DNA from: Octopus sinensis
Lineage: Eukaryota
Reading direction: 5' to 3'
Assembly (NCBI RefSeq): GCF_006345805.1
Contig: NC_042997.1
Coordinates: forward strand, 25,792,001-25,856,000
DNA length: 64,000 nucleotides
Shown: piece by piece, positions 51,723 to 64,000 of the stretch
Layout of the letters: the number at the start of each line of letters is the position of its first letter
How positions within the stretch are numbered: position 1 is the stretch's first letter
Program-made: the position numbers and the translations under genes
Notes under the pieces: model-generated
Database searches by the model: none
What the model was told of the DNA's origin: nothing
What the model saw: the letters and a program-made list of their open reading frames with translations, nothing else

Positions 51723-52613
51723 ACCAAATAATCAACTATTTCTAATACCACATTTTTTAATATTCAGTTCAATTTCTATTTTTTAAAATTAAATGTTGTC
51801 TCTACTTTCCCGTTTCCTTCAATAACATGCTAGGTTTTCTATATGTGCCACAATGCTTCAAGCAAACAAAGCTCTTGTGTGTGTACGTATGTGTGCGTGT
51901 CATTATATTTATATGTTTTTATGTACATACAATCACATACGCAAACAAACGCAGGCACACCTAAGCGCGCGCATACACACACACATAAACAGGCGCCCGC
52001 GCACACCCAAACACTCATGTATTTGTATGGTTTGAACAACGTCTAAGAATTACTGTCACTCAGAAGCGAGTATGATATGATACCGTGTACTATGCTTTAA
52101 TCAAACTGTTTTCGATGCCTATGTAGTGACAAGTAGAGTTAGGCGCAGACTCCCCCATCCGACCACTCATTTCAGTGGAATTGTCTAGAGTATGCTAGCC
52201 GGTCATGAGGCAATTCTGTTCCAGCATTAGGCTTCTAATCTTTTTCAAATCAACAGACCAGGACCATGTTGTAAGAGGCACATCGAATACGTGCTCTTAT
52301 AGTCATGAACCAAACACCATTAGTTCTTATGTCATAAGACTTAACACCCACTCAGGCATGCATTCACAAACACACATACACACATACAAACACATATACA
52401 TACACAAATACATACATAAATACATACGCACGAAAATCTGTAGTTTTATACACACATAAGCTTTCACGTGTAAGTGTACAAGCACATGCTATAAATATAT
52501 GTAGACACTACATATATCAATCGATATTCTCATAAGTATAATTATATATATTTATGCATACACATGAATACGCAAGCACAGATACACACACACACGCACA
52601 GACACACACACAG

Positions 52614-52650
<37 letters not shown>

Positions 52651-52651
<1 letters not shown>

Positions 52652-52880
52652 TTTTTTTTTTTTTGTACTTGTTTCAGTCATTTGACTGCGGCCATGCTGG
52701 AGCACCGCCTTTTAGAGTGGTGAAAGAGTACAGCAGGGATCACCACCATCCCCTGCCGGAGCCTCGTGGAGCTTTTTAGGTGTTTTCGCTCAATAAACAC
52801 ACACAACACCCGGTCTGGGAATCGAAACCGCGATCCTACGACCGCAAGTCCGCTGCCCTAACCACTAGGCCATTGCGCCT

Positions 52881-52882
<2 letters not shown>
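52651..52882 (-). mobile_element. Chimeric SINE: family B head/body fused to family C tail
   Basis: 52714-52882 matches family B; 52665-52713 matches the family C 3' tail; 52651-52664 is a T run (poly-A on the element strand). Confidence 0.75.
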
Positions 52883-52919
<37 letters not shown>

Positions 52920-52933
52920 TATATATATATATA

Positions 52934-52978
<45 letters not shown>

Positions 52979-52980
52979 TA

Positions 52981-53035
<55 letters not shown>

Positions 53036-53447
53036 CGTACACAAGGATTCATTTGATTGTCAATAAATACTAAAAGTTCAATAATTGTGTGAATGAATGA
53101 ATGACTTTTGGCTCTTTTAAATATTAATAAGACAGATTACAAGTTAAATAATGCCTTATTTAATACACTTCAAGAAGACACATTTCGTTTTTGTTAGCTT
53201 TGGTCCCTGTGACAGTAGATACTGTACATCCTAATGATACATAAGTGATTTATTTAATATTTTTTTTCCCTGTTTAACAGGTTTATGTGTAGGTTATCAA
53301 AATGAACTATAGATGTGTATCCTGATTATCGTATCGATTTTGATACGAAAACAGAGTTAGTATACTTTATGAACATATCTGTATATTGTAGTATATGCAT
53401 TAATTTTTGTACAGAGACGGGTTGTATTATTCTTTTATACATATAAA

Positions 53448-53650
53448 GGCGGCAAGCTGACAGAACCGTTAGTAGATCGGGTAAAATGCTTAGCGGCATT
53501 CCGTCTGTTTTTACGATCTGAGTTAAAATTCCGCCGAGGTCAACTTTGCCCTTCATATTTGGTATCGATGAAATAAATACCAGTTGAAAACTTGGACCAG
53601 TGTAATTAACTTTCCACTCCCTCGAAATACTGCTGGCTTCGTGGCAAACG
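53448..53650 (+). mobile_element. Old family M SINE copy
   Basis: ggcggcaagctgacagaaccgttag…aattccgccgaggtcaactttgcc. Confidence 0.75.
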
Positions 53651-53774
53651 TTTTCAACCATAATTATGGCCTGATGCTAAAATTTTAAACCATTACTTAT
53701 AATATGTCTATTTATTCATATATTTCTTCCTTTATGTTTTATTTGCTGCAAATACATTAAAAGAAACCAGCCAA

Positions 53775-53910
53775 ATGGTCTCGATTTCAGTCCCGCTTCG
53801 TGGAGCCTTCAGCACATATCTTTTACTAGGGTTTCGGTTCGACTGAAGCGTAGTGAGTGAATTTGGTAGACGAAAACTGAAAGATGTCTGTCGTATATTA
53901 TATATATATA

Positions 53911-53941
<31 letters not shown>

Positions 53942-54096
53942 ATTGTATATATGTGTGTGTGTGCGTGCGCGTTTGTCTCGATTTCAGTCCCGCTTCGTGG
54001 AGACTTCAGCACATATCTTTTACTAGGGTTTCGGTTCGACTAAAGCGTAGTGAGTGAATTTGGTAGACGAAAACTGAGAGATGTTTGTCGTATATG

Positions 54097-54144
<48 letters not shown>

Positions 54145-54690
54145 TGTATGTATGTATGTATGTATGTATGTATGTATGTATGTATGTGTGTGTCTGTGTG
54201 TGCGCACGCGTTTGTGTGTGTATTTGTAGCTGTATATGTATCCCACCACTTGATAACTTGTGTTGCGTTGTTTACGTCCCCGTAACTTAGCGGTTTCACA
54301 AAAAAAGGCGGCGAGCTGGCAGAAACGTTAGCACGCCGGACGAAATGCTTAGCGGTATTTCGGCTGCGTTACGTTGTGAGTTCAAATTCCGCCGAGGTCG
54401 ACTTTGCCTTTCATCCTTTCGGGGTCGATAAATTAAGTACCAGTTACGCACTGGGGTCGATGTAATCGACTTAATACCTATGTCTGTCCTTGTTTGTCCC
54501 CTCTGTGTTTAGCCCCTTGTGGGTAATAAAGAAATAGGTTTCACAAAAGAGACAGACAGACTAAGTATTAGTCTTAAAAAGAATTATAATAATATGTACT
54601 GAGGTCGATTTGCTCGAGAAAGTTTCTTAGCTGCGGTGACCCAGCATGGCCGCTGTTTAATGACTTGAAACAAGTAAAAGACAAGATATA
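53775..54690 (+). mobile_element. Family C SINE with duplicated 5' part (197-bp period) and a nested family M SINE at 54307-54536
   Basis: gtctcgatttcagtcccg… occurs at 53778 and 53975. TSD ggtttcacaaaa lies at 54292-54303 and 54537-54548. Confidence 0.85.
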
Positions 54691-55361
54691 AAAAGAATGC
54701 TGCTCTTGCTGGTTGATCAACCTTCTATGAAGAGGACTTCTAACTACTCATACAAATGTATACGTAGGTTTGCAGCATGTCTAACCAGGTACAAGTTTCT
54801 CTCGGCTCATACGTAAAAGACTAGGGTGTGAATAGCGTGAGATCCAATTTTAAGTTTAAAAGGTATGTTTTAGGAGCAAATACAATGTTTGCAATTCATT
54901 GAAATGCCATTTTTACATATGCACTAGGTAATAGGAATTGATATGATTGGCTAATAAATATTTACTGATTTTAATATCTACGATATATTGAAGTTTAAAT
55001 GAAAAACAAACGTCCAAAGAAATTCTTTCTTGAATAATTTTTACCTTCTTCAATGTCAATCTCAGTAAATATAACGAAGTGAACGTAAATGCCCCTGGTT
55101 TTGGATCCCCGCTAGATCTATATGTCTTGCACTAAAAGCAGGAATTCGAGAGAGGCTCTCAAACTCTGAAAAAGTTGTAGGAACGTCCTTGTGATGCACA
55201 GCGCGTCAAGTTTATTTTAAATGTTTCTGAAGTCATCCTCTTTCAGTCCCAGACCAGCAGCTGATTTCTTCCAGATAGAAATGAGATATGAGTGAGAGAG
55301 TGCAACATGGTCTCCAGCTCTGTGTCGAACCCGGGAGGCTAAAATGCAATATTGATCTCAG

Positions 55362-55453
55362 GGGGATTTGTATTTCGAGAGCACAAGCTGGGACAAGTAT
55401 AGCAAGGCATTTAAGAAAAAGCTTCAAATCTGTCAATTTCCTGTATTATTCAG
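55362..55453 (+). CDS. Candidate 92-nt coding exon
   Basis: attgatctcag| … CAG|gtaagc; GDLYFESTSWDKYSKAFKKKLQICQFPVLF, though a second frame is also open. GC-richer unique block. Confidence 0.22.
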
Positions 55454-57041
55454 GTAAGCATATAACGATGTATATAACACACCATAGTTATATAAATGCA
55501 CGCAAAATTACGTAATAAGTACCAATAGAAGAGACATTTATTCAGATTCCTAGATTGATATGTTACTATAAAAATATAACATCCAATATTACAGTATTTA
55601 TATTTTAACTTCGGCAAAAGCATTCACATGGCGACCATTTTATTTGCTAAACCTCAACTATCATATAGTCACTGCCGTGACAAAAAGCAATTTATTACCT
55701 TTACTCTATTGAAATGGTGGTAATGGAAGAACATTCTACAATTAATGTGAACAAATTTACTAAATGAAACAAAAACATGCTCAAAGCTGGTTCTCGATGG
55801 GGTAAAAGCGTAATTTATGGAAATATTGTACATGTCTGTTGGTGTCAAATTTAGGTTCAACAACATCAGTATGAATATGTTCAACCTTCAAATCTGTGCT
55901 GACAAGGATGTTATATTAAAATTGCCAGTAATTCATGGTGTCGAAACCTGGGAGAAAATACTAGTGAACTGGCAGTGAATCACAATAATTTTCACAAAAC
56001 AATAAAAGGACTAAATGTTGCAGAACAACAATAAAACGGGTATTTGGGTATCGTTCACAATTCCCGATGACATTGCTTTCAAACGTACCAAATTTGATTT
56101 GATCATTCTCATTCATTACATCATTACACATTGGAATATTTTGAGTTATGTGTGAAAAAAGAAAAAAAAATATGTTAGGATTTATTTTATATTTTTACTT
56201 TATTTTCGTCTTTGATTTATTCATTTATATTTCATTTGATGGAAATTATGATTTTCTTCATTTCCTTGTCAGTTATTGAAAATAATGACAGAATGGTGCT
56301 CAAAATTCAGTTACTGCTATAGAGTAATCTCAGCGCATTTTGTGCAAGGCAGCCGTCACAATGTATTAGATGAGATGTATGTCAATATAACATATTATAT
56401 TATATGATTCCCAATCCACAGTTGTACGTTCAAATTCATCTTAGATCACCCGATTCGTTATCGTTCTCCCTCTGGAGATATACAAAATCAATTCCATATG
56501 TGCAATCATAAAATACAACGTTGTTTATAAAATATACCATTATTTTTTACGCGCACAACATGCCAACAAATGCTAAGAATGGAAGAACATAAAACGGTGG
56601 AAAACCGAAACGGATCCAAAGCAGAATAAGCAGCGCATTTCAGTGGTAAATCACAAAATGATGATGATGATGATGAAGATGACGACGACGACGATGGATG
56701 ATGATGATGATGATGATGCTGCTGATGATGATGATGATGGTGGTGATGATGATGGTGGTGATGATGATGGTGGTGGTGGTGATGAAAAATAATGAGAGAA
56801 TAAGTGCACAAATGTAAATAAATACAAACACACATCTTTGAAGATATATTTATTTTGTAATAACTATCACTTCTATTGTAACCATTATTTATTGTCTTTC
56901 GAGTTCCGCTCCAGGATAATTCAGATCTATCGGACCAATTATCAAAGTTGGCCCAGTTCTTAACAATTCGGGGTATTCTGAAACAAATGTCTATCTAAGT
57001 TTATATATTGCAATGTCTCCGTTCTTATTTAAGAAGCAATT

Positions 57042-57285
57042 CTATCTATCTATCTATCTATCCGCTCATTCGAAGTCGATTCTCGGTTACTCGTTGGATC
57101 AGTGTCCTCTAGTCAGTTCTATCCCGAGCCGCTGTCTTTCAGATTGGCTATGTCCATTCCGGTATCACTCTTGATAGTGTCAACCCAGCGGGTTCTTGGT
57201 CGGCCTCTTCTTCTCTTGCCACTGACCATTCTGAGCATGATGTCCTTCTCCAGGGATTTTCTCCGCATAATTCTAGCAGACCATA
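57042..57285 (-). mobile_element. RTE (BovB-like) LINE 3' fragment
   Basis: Minus strand IMRRKSLEKDIMLRMVSGKRRRGRPRTRWVDTIK, the typical RTE C-terminus; (GATA)n tail. Confidence 0.8.
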
Positions 57286-57599
57286 TATCTTATGAATGAT
57301 CTCACATCTTATGCGTCATAATGTCTTTTTAGTGTTAACAGAATAAAATAATATCTTGGGTTTAGGAATATAATATTTATTCTACCCAGAGAATTTTATA
57401 ATCATTTGAATCCAAAGTCAAACTTAGCAGGCTTCTTCAAATACCTCTTCTACAACGCTCGTATTTCGCACTACTTCTTTGTCATCGTGTTGTGTTACAT
57501 ATTTTGGGTTAGTTGAGAACATCCATTAATTATGTATCTAACTATCTCAGATGATTTTTCCATTTAGTATACACAAAGATAATTCTGCCGTCTTAGCAA

Positions 57600-57930
57600 T
57601 ACTTCAGGTGACAGAGATAGTTCGTAAAGCCTGTGCTTGAGCAGCAAACATTCACTCATTCCGTATCCTTCTTTAATAAACCATGTCTAGGTCTTTTCAT
57701 CAGCCTCATTCGCAGTTCTTGGAAAAACTCATTGTGTAGGACTTCCTCTATCCAGTTTGAAATGAATACACAATACGTTAAGCATAATAGAGCATCGTGG
57801 GCAAGGCTTGGGCGAGGTAATTTTTTACTTCTGACACCCAGAAATGCAGACTCTGTGGAAATAGTGTGAAAAATGCAACTCACTTGGTAACTGAACGTGA
57901 CACCTTTGCACAAAAGAATTCAAACGCCGC
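57600..57930 (-). mobile_element. Possible very decayed mariner remnant
   Basis: HTISTESAFLGVRSKK and EVLHNEFFQELRMRLMKRP loosely resemble mariner transposase segments. Confidence 0.3.
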
Positions 57931-57978
57931 CACAATAAAGTGTGTGTGTATCTTCATTGGCTCTTATGCCGTAAATAC

Positions 57979-58012
<34 letters not shown>

Positions 58013-58014
<2 letters not shown>

Positions 58015-58161
58015 ATAGTTTTATTTTTATAGCGTGCTTTCACTTCACTACCGAGCGCAGCTCTGTGTGCCTTGGGTATGTGCTGTGGTTTGCTGTGATA
58101 CTCCTATGGTTATTGTATTGAAAGTGTTTTGCGTAGGATTGTGCAGTGCCCTGGAGTGCAA

Positions 58162-58165
<4 letters not shown>
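58013..58165 (-). mobile_element. Short 3' fragment of R4/Dong-like LINE embedded in (TAA)n
   Basis: Near-identical to 59541-59680; (TTA)n on both sides. Confidence 0.8.
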
Positions 58166-58217
<52 letters not shown>

Positions 58218-58242
58218 TCGAAACACAGCGTAGGTGAAAATG

Positions 58243-58560
58243 CACCGTAGTCTTTAGTCATCTGTCAAGTCACAACTAGGAACTTAGACAGATAATACTT
58301 TCCTTTATATGTACGCTGTGCCCAATAAGGCTGACTTTTGCAAGACATCAATCCTGCATGGGATTTCCAGATGCCTTAAGAAGTTTTGAAGTTTCAATGG
58401 GATTGAGCCCAACGCTCCGATCACTACTGTTATAACTCTTACATAACCCTCTCGCATTCCTCACAGTCTTGCCATTTCTGCATTTAATTCGGAGTACTTA
58501 ATGATTTTTCAACCTATTCACTCACAATATTCATGTTATTTAGTATGGCTACAACATTGA
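58243..58560 (-). mobile_element. Older RLE-LINE 3' fragment (different subfamily)
   Basis: Minus strand LEIPCRIDVLQKSALLGTAYI, the typical R4-type C-terminus. Confidence 0.6.
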
Positions 58561-58899
58561 TATGACAATATTTGTCTCTCTTACTCAATATGACAATATC
58601 TGGCCTACAGTGTTCGATTACACGATCCGTCTGAAAATCCTAATCCCAGATTATCATTACTTTTCCATCCTCCTGCATAACTTGGTACATGGCCATGCCA
58701 GTTCTCTGTTACTTTATATTGGAATTTATGGCTCTACAAAGAATAACTCCTGAGGACGAATTCTGCGACAAAAATCCCTTCCAGGCGGTGCTTCAGCATG
58801 AGCACAGTCAAATAATTGAAACAAATAAAATAATTAAAGAATAAAAGGATGCTTATATATATGTGTTGTGTGTGTGTGTGTGCGTGTGTTCTTTGTGTA

Positions 58900-59110
58900 T
58901 GTGTTTTTGTGTACGTGTTTGTCCCTCCACCATCACTTGACAACCAATGGTGGTGTGTTTACAACACCGTTACCTAGCGTTTCGGCAAAAGAGTCCGATA
59001 GAAGTACTAGGGCTACAAAGAATAAGTCTTGATAGTCGATTTGTTCGACTAAAAGCAATACTCTGTCATGCATGCAGTCATATGACTGAAACAATTAATA
59101 GAATAAAAGA
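58900..59110 (+). mobile_element. SINE family C 3' half
   Basis: tcacttgacaaccaatggtggtgtgtttac…cagtcatatgactgaaac. Confidence 0.75.
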
Positions 59111-59178
<68 letters not shown>

Positions 59179-59540
59179 ATATATATACATATATATTATA
59201 TATATATATATTATATATAACATATATATATACATTATATATATAACATATATAATATATATATATGCATATATATACACAAACATATATATATATATCT
59301 CGATAGATAGATCGTTAAATAGACAGACAACACCACAACAGACAGACAGAAAGATAGATAGATATGTACATATATATGCACAAATACGCAGTCGTATTTA
59401 CAGATACCGGATTTATAGTTTAAACATTTGAATATTTTCCTATTTGAATATTATTATTAATATGATCGCCATATCATTATTGTTGTTGCTATGTATTACC
59501 ATTATTATTGTTGTTCTTGTTGTTATTATATTATTATTAT

Positions 59541-60670
59541 TCAGTAGTTTTATTTTTATAGCGTGTTCACTTCACTACCGAGCGCAGCTCTGTGTGCCTT
59601 GGGTATGTGCTGTGATTTGTTGTGATGCTCTGATGGTTATTGTATGGAAAGTGTTCTGCGTAGGATGTGTTCAGTGCTATAGTGCAATTTTCTGTATGTT
59701 ATGTGTGTTTGTAAGTCCTGGTGTTTTTGTTATGTATTTGTCTGAATATTTTTTTATCATGCCTAATGCACCTACTATGATAGGAATTGTTTCTGTATTC
59801 AGGTTCCACATTCTAGTTACCTCTATTTCCAGGTCTTTGTATTTTGAGAGTTTCTCCATTTCTTTTAGAGACACGTTGTCATCTGCCGGTATTGATACAT
59901 CAATTAGAAAGCATTTTTTTTCTTCATGATCTCTGACACCTATATCTGGTCTGTTGGCCTTAATTTCTCTATCTGTTGTATCGGCATATCCCAGAGTATG
60001 GTTGCTTCTTGTTTCCTGTGACCTTTTCTGGTGTGTGCCTATACCATCTTTTTTCTGTTGTTATTCCATAATGTTGGCATAGCTTCCAATGTATGTAGGT
60101 TCCAACTCTGTCATGTCTGTGAATATATTCCTTCTTAGCCAGGACGGGCAGCTAGAGATAATATGATTTATTGTTTCTGTCCATCTCCACATATTCTGCA
60201 GTTACTTGTAATATTTCTTTTCATTACATGTTTTTGTAATTTCTGGTGGGAGGCTTTGGTCTTGTGCTGCAATTAAAAATCCCTCTGTTTCTGCTTTGAG
60301 TCCTGAGCTTCTCAACCATTGCTGGGATTTTTCTTTGTCTATTTCTTTTGCGTTTAGTTTAGTACAGTATTTACCATGAAGGGGTTTTTCTTGCCATCGT
60401 TTATCATGGTTCGTTGCTGTTCTATTTTTAGTTGGATTTCATTTGTTTTATAGCTTTTGTTGTTTCTTCATCATCTTCTTCTTCTTCTTTGTGTTTATTA
60501 GGTGGTATGATTTCTTGTTTGTATTTTGTCGCTTCCTTAAATACTGAGAACAGTTTTTTGTTTTGCTCGTGTCTTGCTGCTATCTGGATCAGTTTTCTTC
60601 CTTCTGAGTAGGTATTTTTGCAGTCCTATGGTGGTTATTTTATAGTAGTTTTCCAGCTGTATAAGGCCTC
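59541..60670 (-). mobile_element. R4/Dong-like non-LTR retrotransposon (RLE endonuclease), 5'-truncated
   Basis: GLKAETEGFLIAAQDQ, CRICGD…HIISSCP…EYIHRHD CCHC finger, RPDI…IDVSIP…EKLSKYKDLEIEV…IPIIVGALG RLE domain. Frameshifted; flanked by TAA-type repeats. Confidence 0.88.
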
Positions 60671-60676
60671 TTATTA

Positions 60677-60718
<42 letters not shown>

Positions 60719-60833
60719 CATTATTATTATCATCATTAATATTATATGTTGTTGTAATTATAAATATTATCAGTGTTATTATTGTTACTGCACTACTACT
60801 ACTACTACTATACTACTACTACTACTACTACTT

Positions 60834-60875
<42 letters not shown>

Positions 60876-60888
60876 ACTACTACTACTA

Positions 60889-60919
<31 letters not shown>

Positions 60920-60930
60920 TTATTATTATT
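60671..60930. repeat. (TTA)n/(CTA)n trinucleotide microsatellites
   Basis: Seen directly. Confidence 0.95.
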
Positions 60931-61458
60931 CAGCATCGGATAATGTTTGATAAAAATGCTTCTACGTTTGGAGAGAACACCAGTGCCTCTTCCTTACAGC
61001 AAAAATACAGTTATTGCTTGCCATTTTGAAAAGGGAGCTATATTAGCTAAAAATCAATGAACGTGCGAGATATCCCGGCATCTGTTTGTTCTCAGGTTTG
61101 TGGTAACGATGTGATGATAGTTAAACATAAAATAAATATCACGAGAGTCGTCGTTTTCCAGTCTGATTAAAAGCAGGCTTGGCTAACCATCCGCTATTGA
61201 CATCTCTTAGACTTCTTTTTTTGCTGTCTGACCGCCTACACGCCCTCCTGTACGTTCCTCATCTTTTTTTCCTTATTATCCACTGATCCGTATGTGGGTT
61301 TGCATGTCTGTCTGTTGATCCGGGTCTTTTTAGCTGGTTGACTGGCTGTCTGTTTTGCTCTTTGCATTCAAACGGGCGCGCGAGTTTTGGTGTTTACTAT
61401 ACACTGGCATTAATGATCATACCCGGATATACGTAATTGTAAATATTTCTAAGCATGA

Positions 61459-61498
<40 letters not shown>

Positions 61499-62070
61499 AA
61501 CACATATGTATATATTATGTATAAATATATACATATGCTTATATATATATATATATATATATTTCCGTAATTTACAGGGAAAAATTCAATTTAACCATTT
61601 TAAATCCAATTTCACAATATGTATATGTATATAATTTAGAGAAAAACATCTATATTAAGAACATATACTATAAAAAAAGAATAATAATAAGTTTTTTTTT
61701 TATACTATGTTTCTATATGGTGTGAATAACATCTTTCTTTCTCTATTGAATTATTCAACAGAGGTTTTCTCTAAATTATATACATACACACCACATATAT
61801 TAGTATATGATGTGCGTAATATATATATATAATATATATATATATATATAATATATATATATATATAATATATATATATACATACATATACATACATATA
61901 TTTGTATATACGCATATCAGATTTGAAATGTTCAATTGAGACATTTCTTCTGATGTTCGTTTTGCTATGAATAAAATATATATATTTAATTAATAGCAAG
62001 CCATCAAATGGATAAATATCTGAATTAAACTATTACTCGCTGTGCTAGCGTAATTTTCTGGTAATATATG

Positions 62071-62145
<75 letters not shown>

Positions 62146-62669
62146 TATATAGCAGGTGATCTATTTTGGTAATTGTGGAAGGGCACTGTGTCTGTCTTCT
62201 CTGAGGAACCGTTGATAAACTTTAAATGATCCGTCAGTAGATACCAACTTCTTGTTTCCGTACATTAAAAGCATTGAAATAATTTTCATTTCATATTGCA
62301 CATTTTGTTTCGAGCGTTTCTTGACATGCATATAAATACTTGAATATATTCAATAAATATTTAGTCTAATTTCCATATTCACTCTCTAACCATGAATCCG
62401 AAAAAGTATTTTTCTGCTCTGAGGGCGGAGCGAAATATATTTTACCTGACATACACTATTTTGAAATGTTGTGAGTTACCTAACAATCTTTATTTAAATC
62501 TGTCAAGTATATCTGTAATATACACAGAACAATTTATTGAAGCATTGCACAGTAGTTTTTATTAGAGTACACACAACAGACGCACATATGTGTGTATATA
62601 TATACATATACATACATACATACATATATATATATATATTATATATATATATATATATATATTATATAA

Positions 62670-62710
<41 letters not shown>

Positions 62711-62744
62711 TTATATATATATTCATTTATTTATATATATATAG

Positions 62745-62900
62745 TTGAAATTTATAGAAAAACAAAAGGCGAAGACAGGTGTATGAGCAACAAGCAGGTG
62801 TATTTGTTTTACGCTCGGGTAAGTGAGGAAGTCTTTACGCTTCAAGCCTACGCTCTTCAACAGAAAGGAATATGAGGTAATAAAGAAAGAAAGAATAAAA
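62745..62900 (-). mobile_element. Penelope-like terminal remnant, second family (copy 2)
   Basis: Reverse complement ctgttgaagagcgtaggcttgaagcgtaaag…cccgagcgtaaaac…tgtcttcgccttttg matches 37505-37675. Confidence 0.55.
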
Positions 62901-64000
62901 TAAAACCTTGTGTAATTAGCGGTCAAGAATGGCGACTATATATATACATATATATGCAGTATATGTGTATACTCGCATATATGTGTGTTTGTGTATGTGT
63001 TTCTGTATATGTGTATGCGTGTGCGTGTGCATACATGTCATTCACAATGGATATATATTTAGATAAATGGATTGTTCTGGGTGTATAAATGACGTCTTTC
63101 AGCTCCATGAATGCATTTGTCTTACAATAATATGCACAAATATGGACTCCCGAAGCAAATTATAAAGCCACAAGAACTATTCATAGTATCTCAGCCGAAA
63201 TTATGATTCCCAGAGTATCCACATTAAAATTGTAGAATAGCAACCAAATGACACCTACCCCAAATCAACCTGAAACTATCCTGTCTGATCAACTAATGCT
63301 GTCTGATCAACATACGTGTCTACATACATTCTTTCGTGAATCCTAAGCCCGAACACAGACCGACTTTATTTACAAAGATCGTTGTGAACTAAATTTGATA
63401 CATCTGTTTACAGCTTTGTGTCCACTGTTCACTGAAACATAAACTGTGAAAATATTTCAACATCAAACCCAGGTAAATCTCTTCACCATAATTTTATGTC
63501 AGCCACACACTCTACAAACACATACTTTCTTCCACTAGATTTTTATCCCATTACTTATACGCATACATTCCTGCTCTACGTACACCATGCATAATTATCA
63601 TTCACATAGAACAGTCAATATATTATTTGTATATGCGTGAAAATACACACCTGCGCATATGTTCTAACGTTCATAGTACAAGTAACGAGCATATCCTACG
63701 ATATATGACGAGTGATAACAAAACTGCCCGGATGCGTGGATGACAATGATATAGACGATAAGGACAAGTTGATGACGTTTAATACACTCACAACTAAAAA
63801 TACGGTGATGACGGATTTTGAGAATGATAATGTTAACAGGGGTGAAGGCGACGATATCAATGCAGTGATCGTTATGATATTATCTCTAACTCAATCAAGT
63901 CTGTGTTATAATCATCAAAATAAGGGAGAGTGATAGAATGAAAAAAGTGGAGTATGCGAGGGTGAGATACAGAGAAGAAACAGAACTGGGTAGTTGATGA

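Overview
AT-rich eukaryotic (animal) DNA with no recognisable intact gene. The microsatellite load and SINE families resemble an octopus/cephalopod genome; this is inferred from composition and recalled repeat families, not from a search. The window is mostly intronic or intergenic. It contains three abundant tRNA-derived SINE families, two 5'-truncated CR1-group LINE copies, R4/Dong-like RLE-LINE fragments, an RTE fragment, several decayed Tc1/mariner elements, a palindromic MITE, and Penelope-like remnants with degenerate hammerhead motifs. It also holds recent tandem duplications (1.4 kb x2, 0.77 kb x3, 0.34 kb x2) and a recent inverted duplication. Most ORFs in the supplied track are microsatellite artefacts. 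Short candidate exons with good splice sites occur on both strands, but none could be assigned to a known protein. The best leads are: (1) a LINE/SINE pair sharing a 3' tail with a covarying stem-loop; (2) minimal hammerhead-like motifs in the Penelope-like remnants; (3) a chimeric SINE; (4) microsatellite-targeted LINE insertions.
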